Source of the DNA: an uncultured Peptostreptococcaceae bacterium
GTDB lineage: Bacteria > Bacillota > Clostridia > Peptostreptococcales > Filifactoraceae
Length of the DNA: 64,000 nt
Reading direction: 5' to 3'
Assembly: GCA_963521605.1 (NCBI GenBank)
Contig: CAUQVF010000007.1
Coordinates: forward strand, 8,388 to 72,387
A model generated the notes under the pieces. The model ran no database searches, was not told where the DNA came from, and worked only from the letters and a program-made list of their open reading frames with translations. Position numbers and translations under genes: made by a program. Shown here one piece after another: positions 18,554 to 27,652 of the stretch; the first letter of the stretch is position 1, and every line of letters starts with the position of its first letter.

Positions 18554-19792
18554 TTATAAACTTTGTAATCTTTTATCAGGTTTTACAATATCTGTAATTC
18601 TTATACCATAGTTTTCATCTATTACTACTACTTCTCCGGTCGCAATTTTTTTACCGTTGGCAAGTATGTCCAAAGACTCACCTACCACTTTGTCAAGCTC
18701 AAGTACACTTCCCGGTTTGAAGTCAAGTATCTCATTAATAGGTTTTACCGTCTTTCCAAGTTCAACGGTAATTTGTAACATTACATCTTTTATCAAGTCC
18801 ATATTTTCAGGGACTTGTATATTTGTCGTAGCCAGCGAATCAAAACTTGAAAACTGTGCCTGTTGCACCCTTACGCTTGGCTGAGGAGGCATCTGCTCGT
18901 ATTGCATCTGAGGCGGTGCCTGATAATATTGAGGCGGCGGTGCCTGGTAGTACTGTTGAGGTGCTGCTTGATATTGCTCCTGCGGAGGCATTACCGGTGT
19001 GGCCTGTGGCACTTCCTGTACAGCTTGAGCAGCTTGAGGTGCTTGTTCTTGTGTTACTTGTTCTTCCTCTTCACTCATTCCTGCACCTCCCATTATCTTA
19101 TCTATCAACTTTCTTGCAAATTCAATAGGAAGTATTTGCATTATCTCAGAGTCGATAAGATTACCTACCCTCATTCTAAACGAGGTGCACATTATCTCTT
19201 GAGTGGGATCCAATATATCAGGATCAAGTCTATCTCCCTTAAAATTAACCCTGCTAACTTTTGGAGGTGTAATATCTATCTTACCTCCCAGCATCTCTGA
19301 AAGTGAAGTCGATGCTGCCCCCATCATCTGATTCATAGCTTCACTTATAGCGCTTAGGTGCATCTCAGTGAGATCTTCAGGCAAGTCGCTTACTCCGTCC
19401 CCGCCAAGCATCAGAGAAGTGATTATCTTGACATCATCTTCTTTTAATATCAGAAGATTCATACCATCTATTCCGACTGAGTATTTTATAAACACAGATA
19501 CAAAAGGTAGCGGATAATTCTCAGCTATCTTGGCTATTGTAGTTTGTTTGACAGTCGGAGTAGTTATTTCAACTCTTTGGCTTAATAAAGTAAACAATGT
19601 AGTAGCGGCACTACCCATGCTTATGTTTCCAATTTCGCCTATAGCGTCTTTTTCCATGTCTGTGAAAGCGTCTATGATATCATCATTTTTTTCTACATCT
19701 TGCACATCAGAAGTGTCGTTATTTACAACACCGCTTAAAAGAGCATTTATCTCTTCTTGAGACAGCATATCATTCGCCATTTTCTTCATCAC
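18554..19792 (-). CDS. fliY: Flagellar switch protein FliY (CheC-like + FliN domains)
   Basis: 412 aa with an N-terminal LSQEEINALL peptide, a CheC-like motif (EIGNISMGSAATTL) and a C-terminal FliN/SpoA domain (LELDKVVGESLDILANGKKIATGEVVV). The start is ambiguous; ATG at 19780 has better RBS spacing. Confidence 0.85.
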   Translation of the reverse strand: MMKKMANDMLSQEEINALLSGVVNNDTSDVQDVEKNDDIIDAFTDMEKDAIGEIGNISMGSAATTLFTLLSQRVEITTPTVKQTTIAKIAENYPLPFVSVFIKYSVGIDGMNLLILKEDDVKIITSLMLGGDGVSDLPEDLTEMHLSAISEAMNQMMGAASTSLSEMLGGKIDITPPKVSRVNFKGDRLDPDILDPTQEIMCTSFRMRVGNLIDSEIMQILPIEFARKLIDKIMGGAGMSEEEEQVTQEQAPQAAQAVQEVPQATPVMPPQEQYQAAPQQYYQAPPPQYYQAPPQMQYEQMPPQPSVRVQQAQFSSFDSLATTNIQVPENMDLIKDVMLQITVELGKTVKPINEILDFKPGSVLELDKVVGESLDILANGKKIATGEVVVIDENYGIRITDIVKPDKRLQSL

Positions 19793-20768
19793 CCTTTTCT
19801 ATTACTTTGTTTATTTTAAAAGCCATATTCTTCTTATAAGTCCCCGGATAACCTAAATACTTAGTCTTTCCGGCAACTTTAAGTTCTAACTCTTCATCCA
19901 CCTTTTTATTAAGTTTTATAACATCTCCAACTTGCATAAATATGAAGTCTTCTACTGTTATAAATGTATCTCCGACAACCGCTACAGCTTCAAGTTTAGC
20001 TTTTCTTACGCTACTTTCAAGATTTTTCTTACCTTTTTCATCAAACTCTTTTTTAACTCCTGAAAACAAGAAGTTAGTGGAAAGATTTTGTATAATCGGC
20101 TCCAATACGATGTTAGGAAGACATATGTTCATAAGTCCCTCAACCTCACCTATTTTAAGCGATAAGGTTATAAGTGCTACAGTTTCGTTGGGCGAAACTA
20201 TTTGAGCAAATTGAGAATTAGGTTCTATCTTCTCCAAATAAGGAGAAAGTTCTATTACATTTTCCCACGCTTCAGGAAAATAGCCTACTATATTTCTTAC
20301 TAACTTTGAAAGTATGATTAGTTCTATTTCAGAGAAATCTCTGTTTTCTTCGTCATAAAGCCCGTCACCGCCAAGTATCCTGTCTATCATAGTATAGGCC
20401 AGTTTGCTTGATGTCTCCAGTATTATCTGACCAGGTAAGGGCTCAAAGTTAATTACCGCAATCATGGCAGGATTAGCAATCGAGTTGTTAAACTCATAGT
20501 AAGAGAGTTCTTCCACTGACGAAACCTCTATCTCAGTTATTACTCTTAAATAGCCTGATAAATACGTACTAAGCACTCTGGCGTAGTTATCATGTATTAT
20601 CGACAATGTTTTCAACTGATCCTTTGCCAATTTTTTAGGACTTTTGAAGTCATAGTTTTTTATCTTGACTTCCTTTTGCTCTTCCTTAATATCATCTACA
20701 GAAACATCACCGTCACCAAGTGCTGACAGCAAGGCATCTATTTCTTTTTGCGATAATACTTCCGCCAA
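19770..20768 (-). CDS. fliM: Flagellar switch protein FliM
   Basis: 332 aa with the N-terminal CheY-P binding peptide LSQKEIDALL, a middle domain, and a C-terminal SpoA-like domain. Confidence 0.9.
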   Translation of the reverse strand: MAEVLSQKEIDALLSALGDGDVSVDDIKEEQKEVKIKNYDFKSPKKLAKDQLKTLSIIHDNYARVLSTYLSGYLRVITEIEVSSVEELSYYEFNNSIANPAMIAVINFEPLPGQIILETSSKLAYTMIDRILGGDGLYDEENRDFSEIELIILSKLVRNIVGYFPEAWENVIELSPYLEKIEPNSQFAQIVSPNETVALITLSLKIGEVEGLMNICLPNIVLEPIIQNLSTNFLFSGVKKEFDEKGKKNLESSVRKAKLEAVAVVGDTFITVEDFIFMQVGDVIKLNKKVDEELELKVAGKTKYLGYPGTYKKNMAFKINKVIEKGDEENGE

Positions 20769-20786
20769 ATTTTACACCACCCTCAG

Positions 20787-21227
20787 TTATTGAGTAATAC
20801 TTTCAGTAAACAAAACATCGACCACATCTTGAGTTTCCGACTCTATTATTGAATTCACATCATTTTTTATCTTTTCCTTGAGTTTGCTCTTACCCTCAGG
20901 ACTAGCTATCTCATCTGCTGTCATAGCAGATATTGATGTTATAATACTATCTTTTATCTGTGGCATCTTCGCCTTTATAGTTTCAGGGGTCTTTTTGCCC
21001 TTGACTTCCAAGACAACAAAACCCTTGTAAAATCTTCCCGCCTTACCTATCTGTGTCGTTATATCCCCTACATCTATGTTTTGTGTAGCTTCCTTCTTTG
21101 CTTTTTTGGGTGCATTTTGTGAATTGCCTGTAGGTTTAAATACTACAAGCACCAATGTTGCTACAAAAACAAGTAGTGACAGGACGAATATAACTATAGA
21201 CAGAACTGTAAATTTCTTGGAATCCAT
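20787..21227 (-). CDS. fliL: Flagellar basal-body-associated protein FliL
   Basis: 146 aa with a single N-terminal TM helix and a FliL-like C-terminal region (..EVKGKK...IKDSIITSIS..T.DEI....GK..LK..I). Precedes fliM. Confidence 0.8.
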   Translation of the reverse strand: MDSKKFTVLSIVIFVLSLLVFVATLVLVVFKPTGNSQNAPKKAKKEATQNIDVGDITTQIGKAGRFYKGFVVLEVKGKKTPETIKAKMPQIKDSIITSISAMTADEIASPEGKSKLKEKIKNDVNSIIESETQDVVDVLFTESITQ

Positions 21228-21479
21228 CTTTCACCTCTTAATTTTATGTTAAAAAACCTAATCTATTATCAAATTTAATATTTTAATTTAAATATTTTTA
21301 CTATATTAAGGATATAATAAAAACACTAATTTGATATATACCCAATTTTTCAAATTTTCCTTATCTAAAATTGAGTTTATACTCATATTTTCTAAATAAA
21401 ATATCTCTTATAGTAAAAATCAAGCCCATATTTTAGTTTTTTTATTAATTAGATATTTTATATTTATTACTTACTTTTC

Positions 21480-22226
21480 TTACTTCTTTACAGATTTTGA
21501 GTCCTTAGTCCTGAGTATCATTATATCGACTCTTCTATTTTTTGCCATATTTGCAGCTGTATCATTAGGAGCTACAGGGTGATATTCTCCATAACCTGCT
21601 GTTGAAAGTCTCTTAGGATCTATACCTTGATTTTCTATCAAGTATCTTACGACATTGGACGCTCTGTTGCTGGACAACTCCCAGTTAGATTGATGAACAG
21701 AGTTGCTTATAGGCACATTATCTGTATGTCCTTCAACACTTACGAATTTATCCTTAAAATTCTTGCTCTTAAGTATACCACCTACATATTTCAAAACATT
21801 GTATGACTGGGGTTTTAGTGTGGCACTACCCTGGTCAAATAAACTGCTGTCTTGGAACCTCAGTACGAGACCTTCCTCTTCGTTGGATATACTTATCTGC
21901 TTTTCTAATTTATTTTCCTTCAGGTATTCTTTAATCTGTTTTTCCATCTTTTCAAAACTGTCTGTCTCTGTAACAGAGGTACTTTGACCTTCAAATACTG
22001 AGCCTTTTTCTATCTTATTTTCTGAGCTTAGTGTATTTCCACCATCGAGCACACCGAGAGATCCCTGAAAAGACATTACTATAGCTTCAAATTTCTTGGC
22101 GTCTATGTTTGACATCGCAAAAAGAAGCACGAAGAAACATAGGAGGAGGGTCATCAGATCTCCATAGGTGTTCATATATTCAGGAGCACCCATCTTTATC
22201 TCATAAGTTACATTCTTCTTAGCCAA
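21480..22226 (-). CDS. motB: Flagellar stator protein MotB (OmpA-like)
   Basis: 248 aa with YGDLMTLLLCFFVLLFAMS (conserved Asp in the TM) and a C-terminal OmpA-like domain (GHTDNVPI...SNWELSSNRASNV...RRVDIMI). Confidence 0.9.
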   Translation of the reverse strand: MAKKNVTYEIKMGAPEYMNTYGDLMTLLLCFFVLLFAMSNIDAKKFEAIVMSFQGSLGVLDGGNTLSSENKIEKGSVFEGQSTSVTETDSFEKMEKQIKEYLKENKLEKQISISNEEEGLVLRFQDSSLFDQGSATLKPQSYNVLKYVGGILKSKNFKDKFVSVEGHTDNVPISNSVHQSNWELSSNRASNVVRYLIENQGIDPKRLSTAGYGEYHPVAPNDTAANMAKNRRVDIMILRTKDSKSVKK

Positions 22227-22228
22227 CT

Positions 22229-23005
22229 TTATTCTCCCTCTTTAGTTAATGATTTTCTCAGAGACGGAGGCAAGAAGGCTTTTAGTTTTTCTTCTATTAT
22301 TCTTGGATTTTCTCCGGCTTGTATAGAAAGCAAACCTTCAAGAATTATCCCTCTTTCAAGCATCTCAACCGCTGAATTTACAGACAACTTCTTTGCCATA
22401 GGTGTGAAAAATACATTTGCCAAAATTGAACCGTACAAAGTTGTAATAAGAGCAACCGCCATATTCGGTCCAAGTGAAGCAGTATCACTTAGGTTTTTAA
22501 GCATGGCAACAAGCCCAAACAGTGTTCCTATCATACCGAATCCCGGTCCCATACTTGCTATCATCTCCATAAGCCCCTGACCGTTTTTGTGTCTTTGCTC
22601 AATGAAGTCAAGCTCTGTTTCAAGCAGATTTCTAACAAGTTCAGGGTCAGTACCGTCAACTATCAACATCAATCCTTTCTGCAAGAAAGGATCAGACATT
22701 TCCCTTGTAGCTTCTTCAAGTGAGAGCAGCCCGTCTTTTCTGGCCTTATTGGCAAGCTCTATTATAGATTCTATAGTCTTTGACGGATCTGAGGCATCGC
22801 TTTTAAAAGTCTTTCCTATAAGTTTTGGCAAATCCTTTATTGTAGACATCGGAAATGCAATCATACTGGCAAAAATCGCACCCAAGACCGTGATGAAAAA
22901 TGAGGGTATGTCTATATATGTTGCGAAACCGGCTCCACCGGATATAATACCCAGACCCATAGCAGCAAATGCGCCGACGAGACCGATGACTGTAGCTAAA
23001 TCCAT
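22229..23005 (-). CDS. motA: Flagellar stator protein MotA
   Basis: 258 aa with four TM segments and the conserved GPGFGMIGTLFGLV and ALITTLYGSILAN. Confidence 0.9.
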   Translation of the reverse strand: MDLATVIGLVGAFAAMGLGIISGGAGFATYIDIPSFFITVLGAIFASMIAFPMSTIKDLPKLIGKTFKSDASDPSKTIESIIELANKARKDGLLSLEEATREMSDPFLQKGLMLIVDGTDPELVRNLLETELDFIEQRHKNGQGLMEMIASMGPGFGMIGTLFGLVAMLKNLSDTASLGPNMAVALITTLYGSILANVFFTPMAKKLSVNSAVEMLERGIILEGLLSIQAGENPRIIEEKLKAFLPPSLRKSLTKEGE

Positions 23006-23010
23006 TTACA

Positions 23011-23220
23011 CTATACCTCTCTTCTTCTTATGTTTACTTGCAATCCTGCTTGCCTTTTATATTCAATAACTTTGTCTATCACTTCTTCAATCTTCTCTCT
23101 TACAACAAACTTGTGTTCGTTTATAAGTGTTATCACTGTATCGGGATTTGCATCGACTATCTCAATCAAATCTCCGTTTATGACAAACTCATCACCGTTT
23201 AATCTCGTCAATTTAATCAT
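23011..23220 (-). CDS. flbD: Flagellar protein FlbD
   Basis: 69 aa beginning MIKLTRLNG.EF.IN.DLIE.V...PDTVITL, typical of FlbD. Immediately precedes motA. Confidence 0.85.
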   Translation of the reverse strand: MIKLTRLNGDEFVINGDLIEIVDANPDTVITLINEHKFVVREKIEEVIDKVIEYKRQAGLQVNIRRREV

Positions 23221-23633
23221 ATAAAAATCAATTCCTCAACTTAATAAAAATAATAAAAACACCTTGAAATATAAGATTCCAAAGCTATGTAATTCAAAGA
23301 AAAAGTGAAGTAGTGTAATTTCTAAATAGAAAAATTAAGTCAATTTTAACAAAAGTATAATATTTTTTCAATATTATAATACATTTATTTATATTATTAC
23401 ACATAAAAATTAGATTTTACACATTTAACTTTTATATTGAATTAGTACCACTATATATTTCGGACAAAAATCAATATTTTTCAATATTTTTTTCATAAAA
23501 CCATTAGCACAGATTATAACATACTATTTTATTTTAATCCAGTATTTTTTTGAACATTTTGTACCATATATATATTGTTTTATGATTAATTATTCCCAAA
23601 AATACTTTATATTAATAATATCTATTATTCCAC

Positions 23634-23662
23634 AAAAAAACACCTATATTTCAATTAGGTGT
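23634..23662 (-). terminator. Intrinsic (bidirectional-looking) terminator ~125 nt downstream of flgE
   Basis: ACACCT-11 nt loop-AGGTGT flanked by A7 on one side and T6 on the other, so a U-tract follows the hairpin on either strand. Confidence 0.55.
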
Positions 23663-23790
23663 TTTTTGTATTAGTATAATATTTAGGTCTTTAGTATTAT
23701 TTTAGTATTATTTTTAGCTATATTATACACTCATTCTAAAGAAAAAATATTCCCATTAGAGAAAAAATAATATTACCATATAAAAATTAT

Positions 23791-25215
23791 CTATCTCTTA
23801 AGATTTACAAGTTCTTCAAGCATTTGGTCAGTTGTAGTTATTACCCTTGAGTTAGCTTGGAATCCTCTTTGTGTCACTATCATATTTGTAAATTCTTTAG
23901 CCAAGTCCACATTTGACATTTCTAATGCCCCTGAAAGGAGTGCCCCGTTTCCGCCTGAACCGGGTTTATTTATATTTGCTTCCCCTGAGTTTTCAGTAGG
24001 AGCCCATAAGTTATCCCCTTGTTTTTGAAGACCGTTGACATTTGAAAAAGTTGCAGTTACTATTTGTCCAAGCGCCTTTGTATCTCCATTGTTAAACTGT
24101 CCTATAACCTTTCCGTCAGAACCTATGCTCATCTTTGTAAGTTCACCTAATTTATATCCGTCATTAGTCTTTGCAAAGGCAGTAGATTTTGACTCGTATT
24201 GAGTAAGTGAAGATAAGCCTATTTTAAAGTTGTTTATAGGTGCAGCACCGTTTATTGATGAAGGATCAAGAGTAAATGTCAATTCTTTTACCGCATTTGC
24301 AGGATCTACCAAACCTTTATCAGTGAATTTAAATCCTGTAAGTGCCTTACCGTCAGCAGTTGTGGCAGGATTTGTATTTATAGTTGAACCTGTCACCGGC
24401 ACCATAGCACCGTCAGGAGTCTTGTAGAAGGCGTAGGCACTCCAAGTATTAGGACCTTCCTTTACAAAATCCACCTGTATTGTATGTTCTCCCCCAAGTG
24501 AATCTATTACTGATGTAGTAATAGTCTTGCCTATTATACTCTCTCTCTTAGGTGATGATCCTTCAGCAAGTTCAGGCTTTACTGTATAAGTGAATCCCTT
24601 TGACGGATCAGCCGGATCTACAGGTTTTTGGTCGTATATTGTAGCCAGTGTATTAGGAAGTGGTGAAGGTAGACCTTCAGCAGTTTTTGAACTCAAGTTT
24701 CCTTCCAATTGTATATTACTTGTTACCTTAGGCTTTAATACGTCCTTTATAGGTACTTGTATCTTATCTATTTTTTCTATTATATTTCCGTCTTTGTCTG
24801 CTTGATAACCCATAACATAGTTACCGTTTTTATTTACAAGATAGCCTTCTTCGTCTACTCCAAAGTTACCGTCTCTCGTATAGAACTTTCCGTCAGGACC
24901 GTTCACCATAAAGAATCCTTCGCCGTCAATATATAAATCTGTATTGATATTTGTAGTTTCTACCGTACCCTTATCCATTGCGTTGTCTATTGAACTTAGG
25001 TTCATACCAAGACCGACTTGTCCCGGGTTTATACCCCCTCTGTCTCCACTTGAGCCTGACGCTGCTCTTGTCAACTGGCTGTATGTGTCTTTAAAAGTAG
25101 TTCTTGCAGCCTTAAAAGCTACAGTATTAACATTTGCTATATTATTTCCTATTACATCCATTCTCGCCTGATGATTCTTCAAAGAAGAAACGGCAGAATT
25201 CATAGAACGCATCAT
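23791..25215 (-). CDS. flgE: Flagellar hook protein FlgE
   Basis: 474 aa with the N-terminal MMRSMNSAVSSLKNHQARMDVIGNNIANVNT and the C-terminal EMSNVDLAKEFTNMIVTQRGFQANSRVITT rod/hook signature. Confidence 0.9.
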   Translation of the reverse strand: MMRSMNSAVSSLKNHQARMDVIGNNIANVNTVAFKAARTTFKDTYSQLTRAASGSSGDRGGINPGQVGLGMNLSSIDNAMDKGTVETTNINTDLYIDGEGFFMVNGPDGKFYTRDGNFGVDEEGYLVNKNGNYVMGYQADKDGNIIEKIDKIQVPIKDVLKPKVTSNIQLEGNLSSKTAEGLPSPLPNTLATIYDQKPVDPADPSKGFTYTVKPELAEGSSPKRESIIGKTITTSVIDSLGGEHTIQVDFVKEGPNTWSAYAFYKTPDGAMVPVTGSTINTNPATTADGKALTGFKFTDKGLVDPANAVKELTFTLDPSSINGAAPINNFKIGLSSLTQYESKSTAFAKTNDGYKLGELTKMSIGSDGKVIGQFNNGDTKALGQIVTATFSNVNGLQKQGDNLWAPTENSGEANINKPGSGGNGALLSGALEMSNVDLAKEFTNMIVTQRGFQANSRVITTTDQMLEELVNLKR

Positions 25216-25463
25216 ATTGATTTTCCTCCCATATTAAGCCCATCCTTGGCATGATTTACCTTATTCATTAAGATATTTATATATAGTTATTTTTATTTAA
25301 TTCTATTATTTTATTTTTCTTACTTCTGCTCTTTCAATTGTTTTTTTATCTATTTTCTTAGTATATTTTTTTGTATTTTTAGTTTTAATCTTTATCTTAT
25401 TCTTCATCATATCGCAATTCTCATCCTTATATTTTTTATTATCTTGTGTTCTTCTATTTTCTT

Positions 25464-25937
25464 TTAAGCTTTAAGTTTCTTTATCTCATTTTCAAGTGAA
25501 CTTATTTTATCCAAGAGTGCCTTGTTAGTATTTTTAAATTCACTTAAAAACTCATCTATCTTTGAATTAAATGAACCCTTGTCTTCAAAATTTTTAGCAA
25601 ACTTTTCAAATGATGACGCCATATTACTCATCTGTTCAACTGAAGTAAACTGTGCCATTTGCGTCATATATTGCTCGTTTTTCATAGGTTCCATCGGATC
25701 TTGATGTTTCATTTGAGCCACAAACAATTTTATAAATGTGTCCTTATCATATCCTGTTCTTTTTGCTTTCTCAGCCTTCTTCGCCTCTTCTTCAGCTTGT
25801 TTTTTCTTCAAAGATTCGGCAGTTACATCTGCAAACTTATATTCCTTGCCAAGCGAGTCTGTCATTTTTTCATTTTTATTATTCACATTTGCAGCCAAAG
25901 GATTTACCGATGAATTTTGCACTGATTGTATAGACAT
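25464..25937 (-). CDS. flgD: Hook assembly (capping) protein FlgD
   Basis: 157 aa with FIKLFVAQMKHQDPMEPM...QMAQFTSVEQ, typical of the FlgD N-domain. Confidence 0.9.
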   Translation of the reverse strand: MSIQSVQNSSVNPLAANVNNKNEKMTDSLGKEYKFADVTAESLKKKQAEEEAKKAEKAKRTGYDKDTFIKLFVAQMKHQDPMEPMKNEQYMTQMAQFTSVEQMSNMASSFEKFAKNFEDKGSFNSKIDEFLSEFKNTNKALLDKISSLENEIKKLKA

Positions 25938-26075
25938 TTTTGTCCCCCTAAAAATTAAGAGATAAATTTAATTGTTTCACCTTATAATTTATCGAATATT
26001 TATACGAATACTTTATATTTTTTCTATATATTATTCAAAGTTTTTTAAACGGACTCACTTTAGGGCATAAAAATA

Positions 26076-26115
26076 GTGATGTACTACAGTTTGTAATACA
26101 TCACTGAAATTATTC
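26076..26115 (-). terminator. Terminator-like hairpin ~120 nt downstream of fliK
   Basis: Minus strand reads AGTGATGTA-13 nt loop-TACATCACT followed by ATTTTTAT. Confidence 0.45.
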
Positions 26116-26233
26116 TAAATATAGCTTAATTTTTAAAGTCACAGATTATTTTTTAATTCAAAATTCATTTTTTATTTGCCATTATATTGTAAACTTATAT
26201 GGAAATTAACAGATTTTCAAAATTATTATCTGT

Positions 26234-27652
26234 TTAATACAGGTCGTTAAACATCTCATCACCAAGCATATAAGGATTGATAACTTCTTCAAAGACAAGT
26301 TCATCTGCTGAAAGTCTAACTCCGCCTTTTTTGGAGAAATTTATAGCTTCCATTATATTTTGATGATAATTTGTCTCCTGATTGCTTTGTCCCACCTGTA
26401 CATTTATCTCTTGAACGTTGACTCCTTGTTCGATAAGCGACTGTCTTAAGATATGAAGTTCATTTTCTATCGCCTGTTTAGCTTTTTGAGAGTCCACAAA
26501 AAACGATGCATTGAATACTCCATTTTCAGAATTTATACGAACACTCAGTTTTCCAAGAGATTCAGGCTCAAGCTTTATGTCAAAACTTGTCTTATTTCCC
26601 CTAAAAGCAACTCTCATCTCATCAACTATCTTTGCGAAGTTTTGTATCTGTTCATTGACTAATGTAGCTCTTCCAACTGTAGAAGCAGATATCTTGTTGC
26701 TTAAGATAAAGTTTCTCATTCCAGTAGTATCTATTGATATATTTACAGGACTTTCTATCTCCAAATCATTGTTTATATTTAGCTCTTCATTTATTTGTTT
26801 ATTTACTACAGGTCTGATATCTTCCTTAAGTAGGTCTATTTCTCTTGCAATGTCAATTTTTGATGTGCCTAAGTCAGTATTTGAGCTTTCTTTTTGATTC
26901 TTATTCTTATCGCTTATATCTTTTACAACTTCTTTAAAAGTTTTGAGAATCTTAGTTTCTTCGTCTTCCGTCAAAGCAGAAAATTCTTCCCCAAGCTCTA
27001 TTTCATGACTTTCTTTAACTTCTTTTTTTGGATTTAAATCCTTCGGCAAATTATTTAAGGCTATATTTTCCGGATTTGAAGTTTCATTGTTTATAACTTG
27101 CTCATTGTTTACTTCAACTGCAGCAGGCATCAAGCCTATATTGTCTTTTAGCTTTTCAAGAGTTTCATCGTTTTGTACTACTTGCATATTGAACATATAG
27201 ACATTTGTTTCAAAGCTGTCTTCTACAGGAGTATTTTCTTCCTTATTCTCCTGTACTTCTTGATTTTTGTCCTTGACACTTACATCTTTTTGACCAGTAT
27301 TTTCTACTTTATTATCATTTTCCACATTTTTTTCTTTGTCATCAGATGTATTTTTTAACTTTGAGTCTTGGTTTATCTTTTCATCTTTTCTTAAAGAATC
27401 TTTTTTTATTGAGTTATTTTTTAGGCTTTTGTCTTCAGTTTCAGTTTTTTCCTTTTCATTGTTTTCACTTTTTAGACTTTTTTTAAAATCTCTCTTAGTT
27501 TCAAATTTATTATTTTCATTTGAATTGGATTTTACATAATCCTTGAAACTTACATCCGTCTTTAAATCTGATTTTTGAGTCATATTTTTAGATATGTCCG
27601 CAAATATAAAATTACTCGATAAAGCAGTATTATTTGAAGTTATCTTCTCCAT
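26234..27652 (-). CDS. fliK: Hook-length control protein FliK
   Basis: 472 aa with a low-complexity K/E/N-rich N-terminal ruler and a C-terminal Flg_hook-type domain (IKLEPESLGKLSVRINSENGVFNASFFVDSQKAKQAIE). GGAGGA RBS. Confidence 0.8.
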   Translation of the reverse strand: MEKITSNNTALSSNFIFADISKNMTQKSDLKTDVSFKDYVKSNSNENNKFETKRDFKKSLKSENNEKEKTETEDKSLKNNSIKKDSLRKDEKINQDSKLKNTSDDKEKNVENDNKVENTGQKDVSVKDKNQEVQENKEENTPVEDSFETNVYMFNMQVVQNDETLEKLKDNIGLMPAAVEVNNEQVINNETSNPENIALNNLPKDLNPKKEVKESHEIELGEEFSALTEDEETKILKTFKEVVKDISDKNKNQKESSNTDLGTSKIDIAREIDLLKEDIRPVVNKQINEELNINNDLEIESPVNISIDTTGMRNFILSNKISASTVGRATLVNEQIQNFAKIVDEMRVAFRGNKTSFDIKLEPESLGKLSVRINSENGVFNASFFVDSQKAKQAIENELHILRQSLIEQGVNVQEINVQVGQSNQETNYHQNIMEAINFSKKGGVRLSADELVFEEVINPYMLGDEMFNDLY

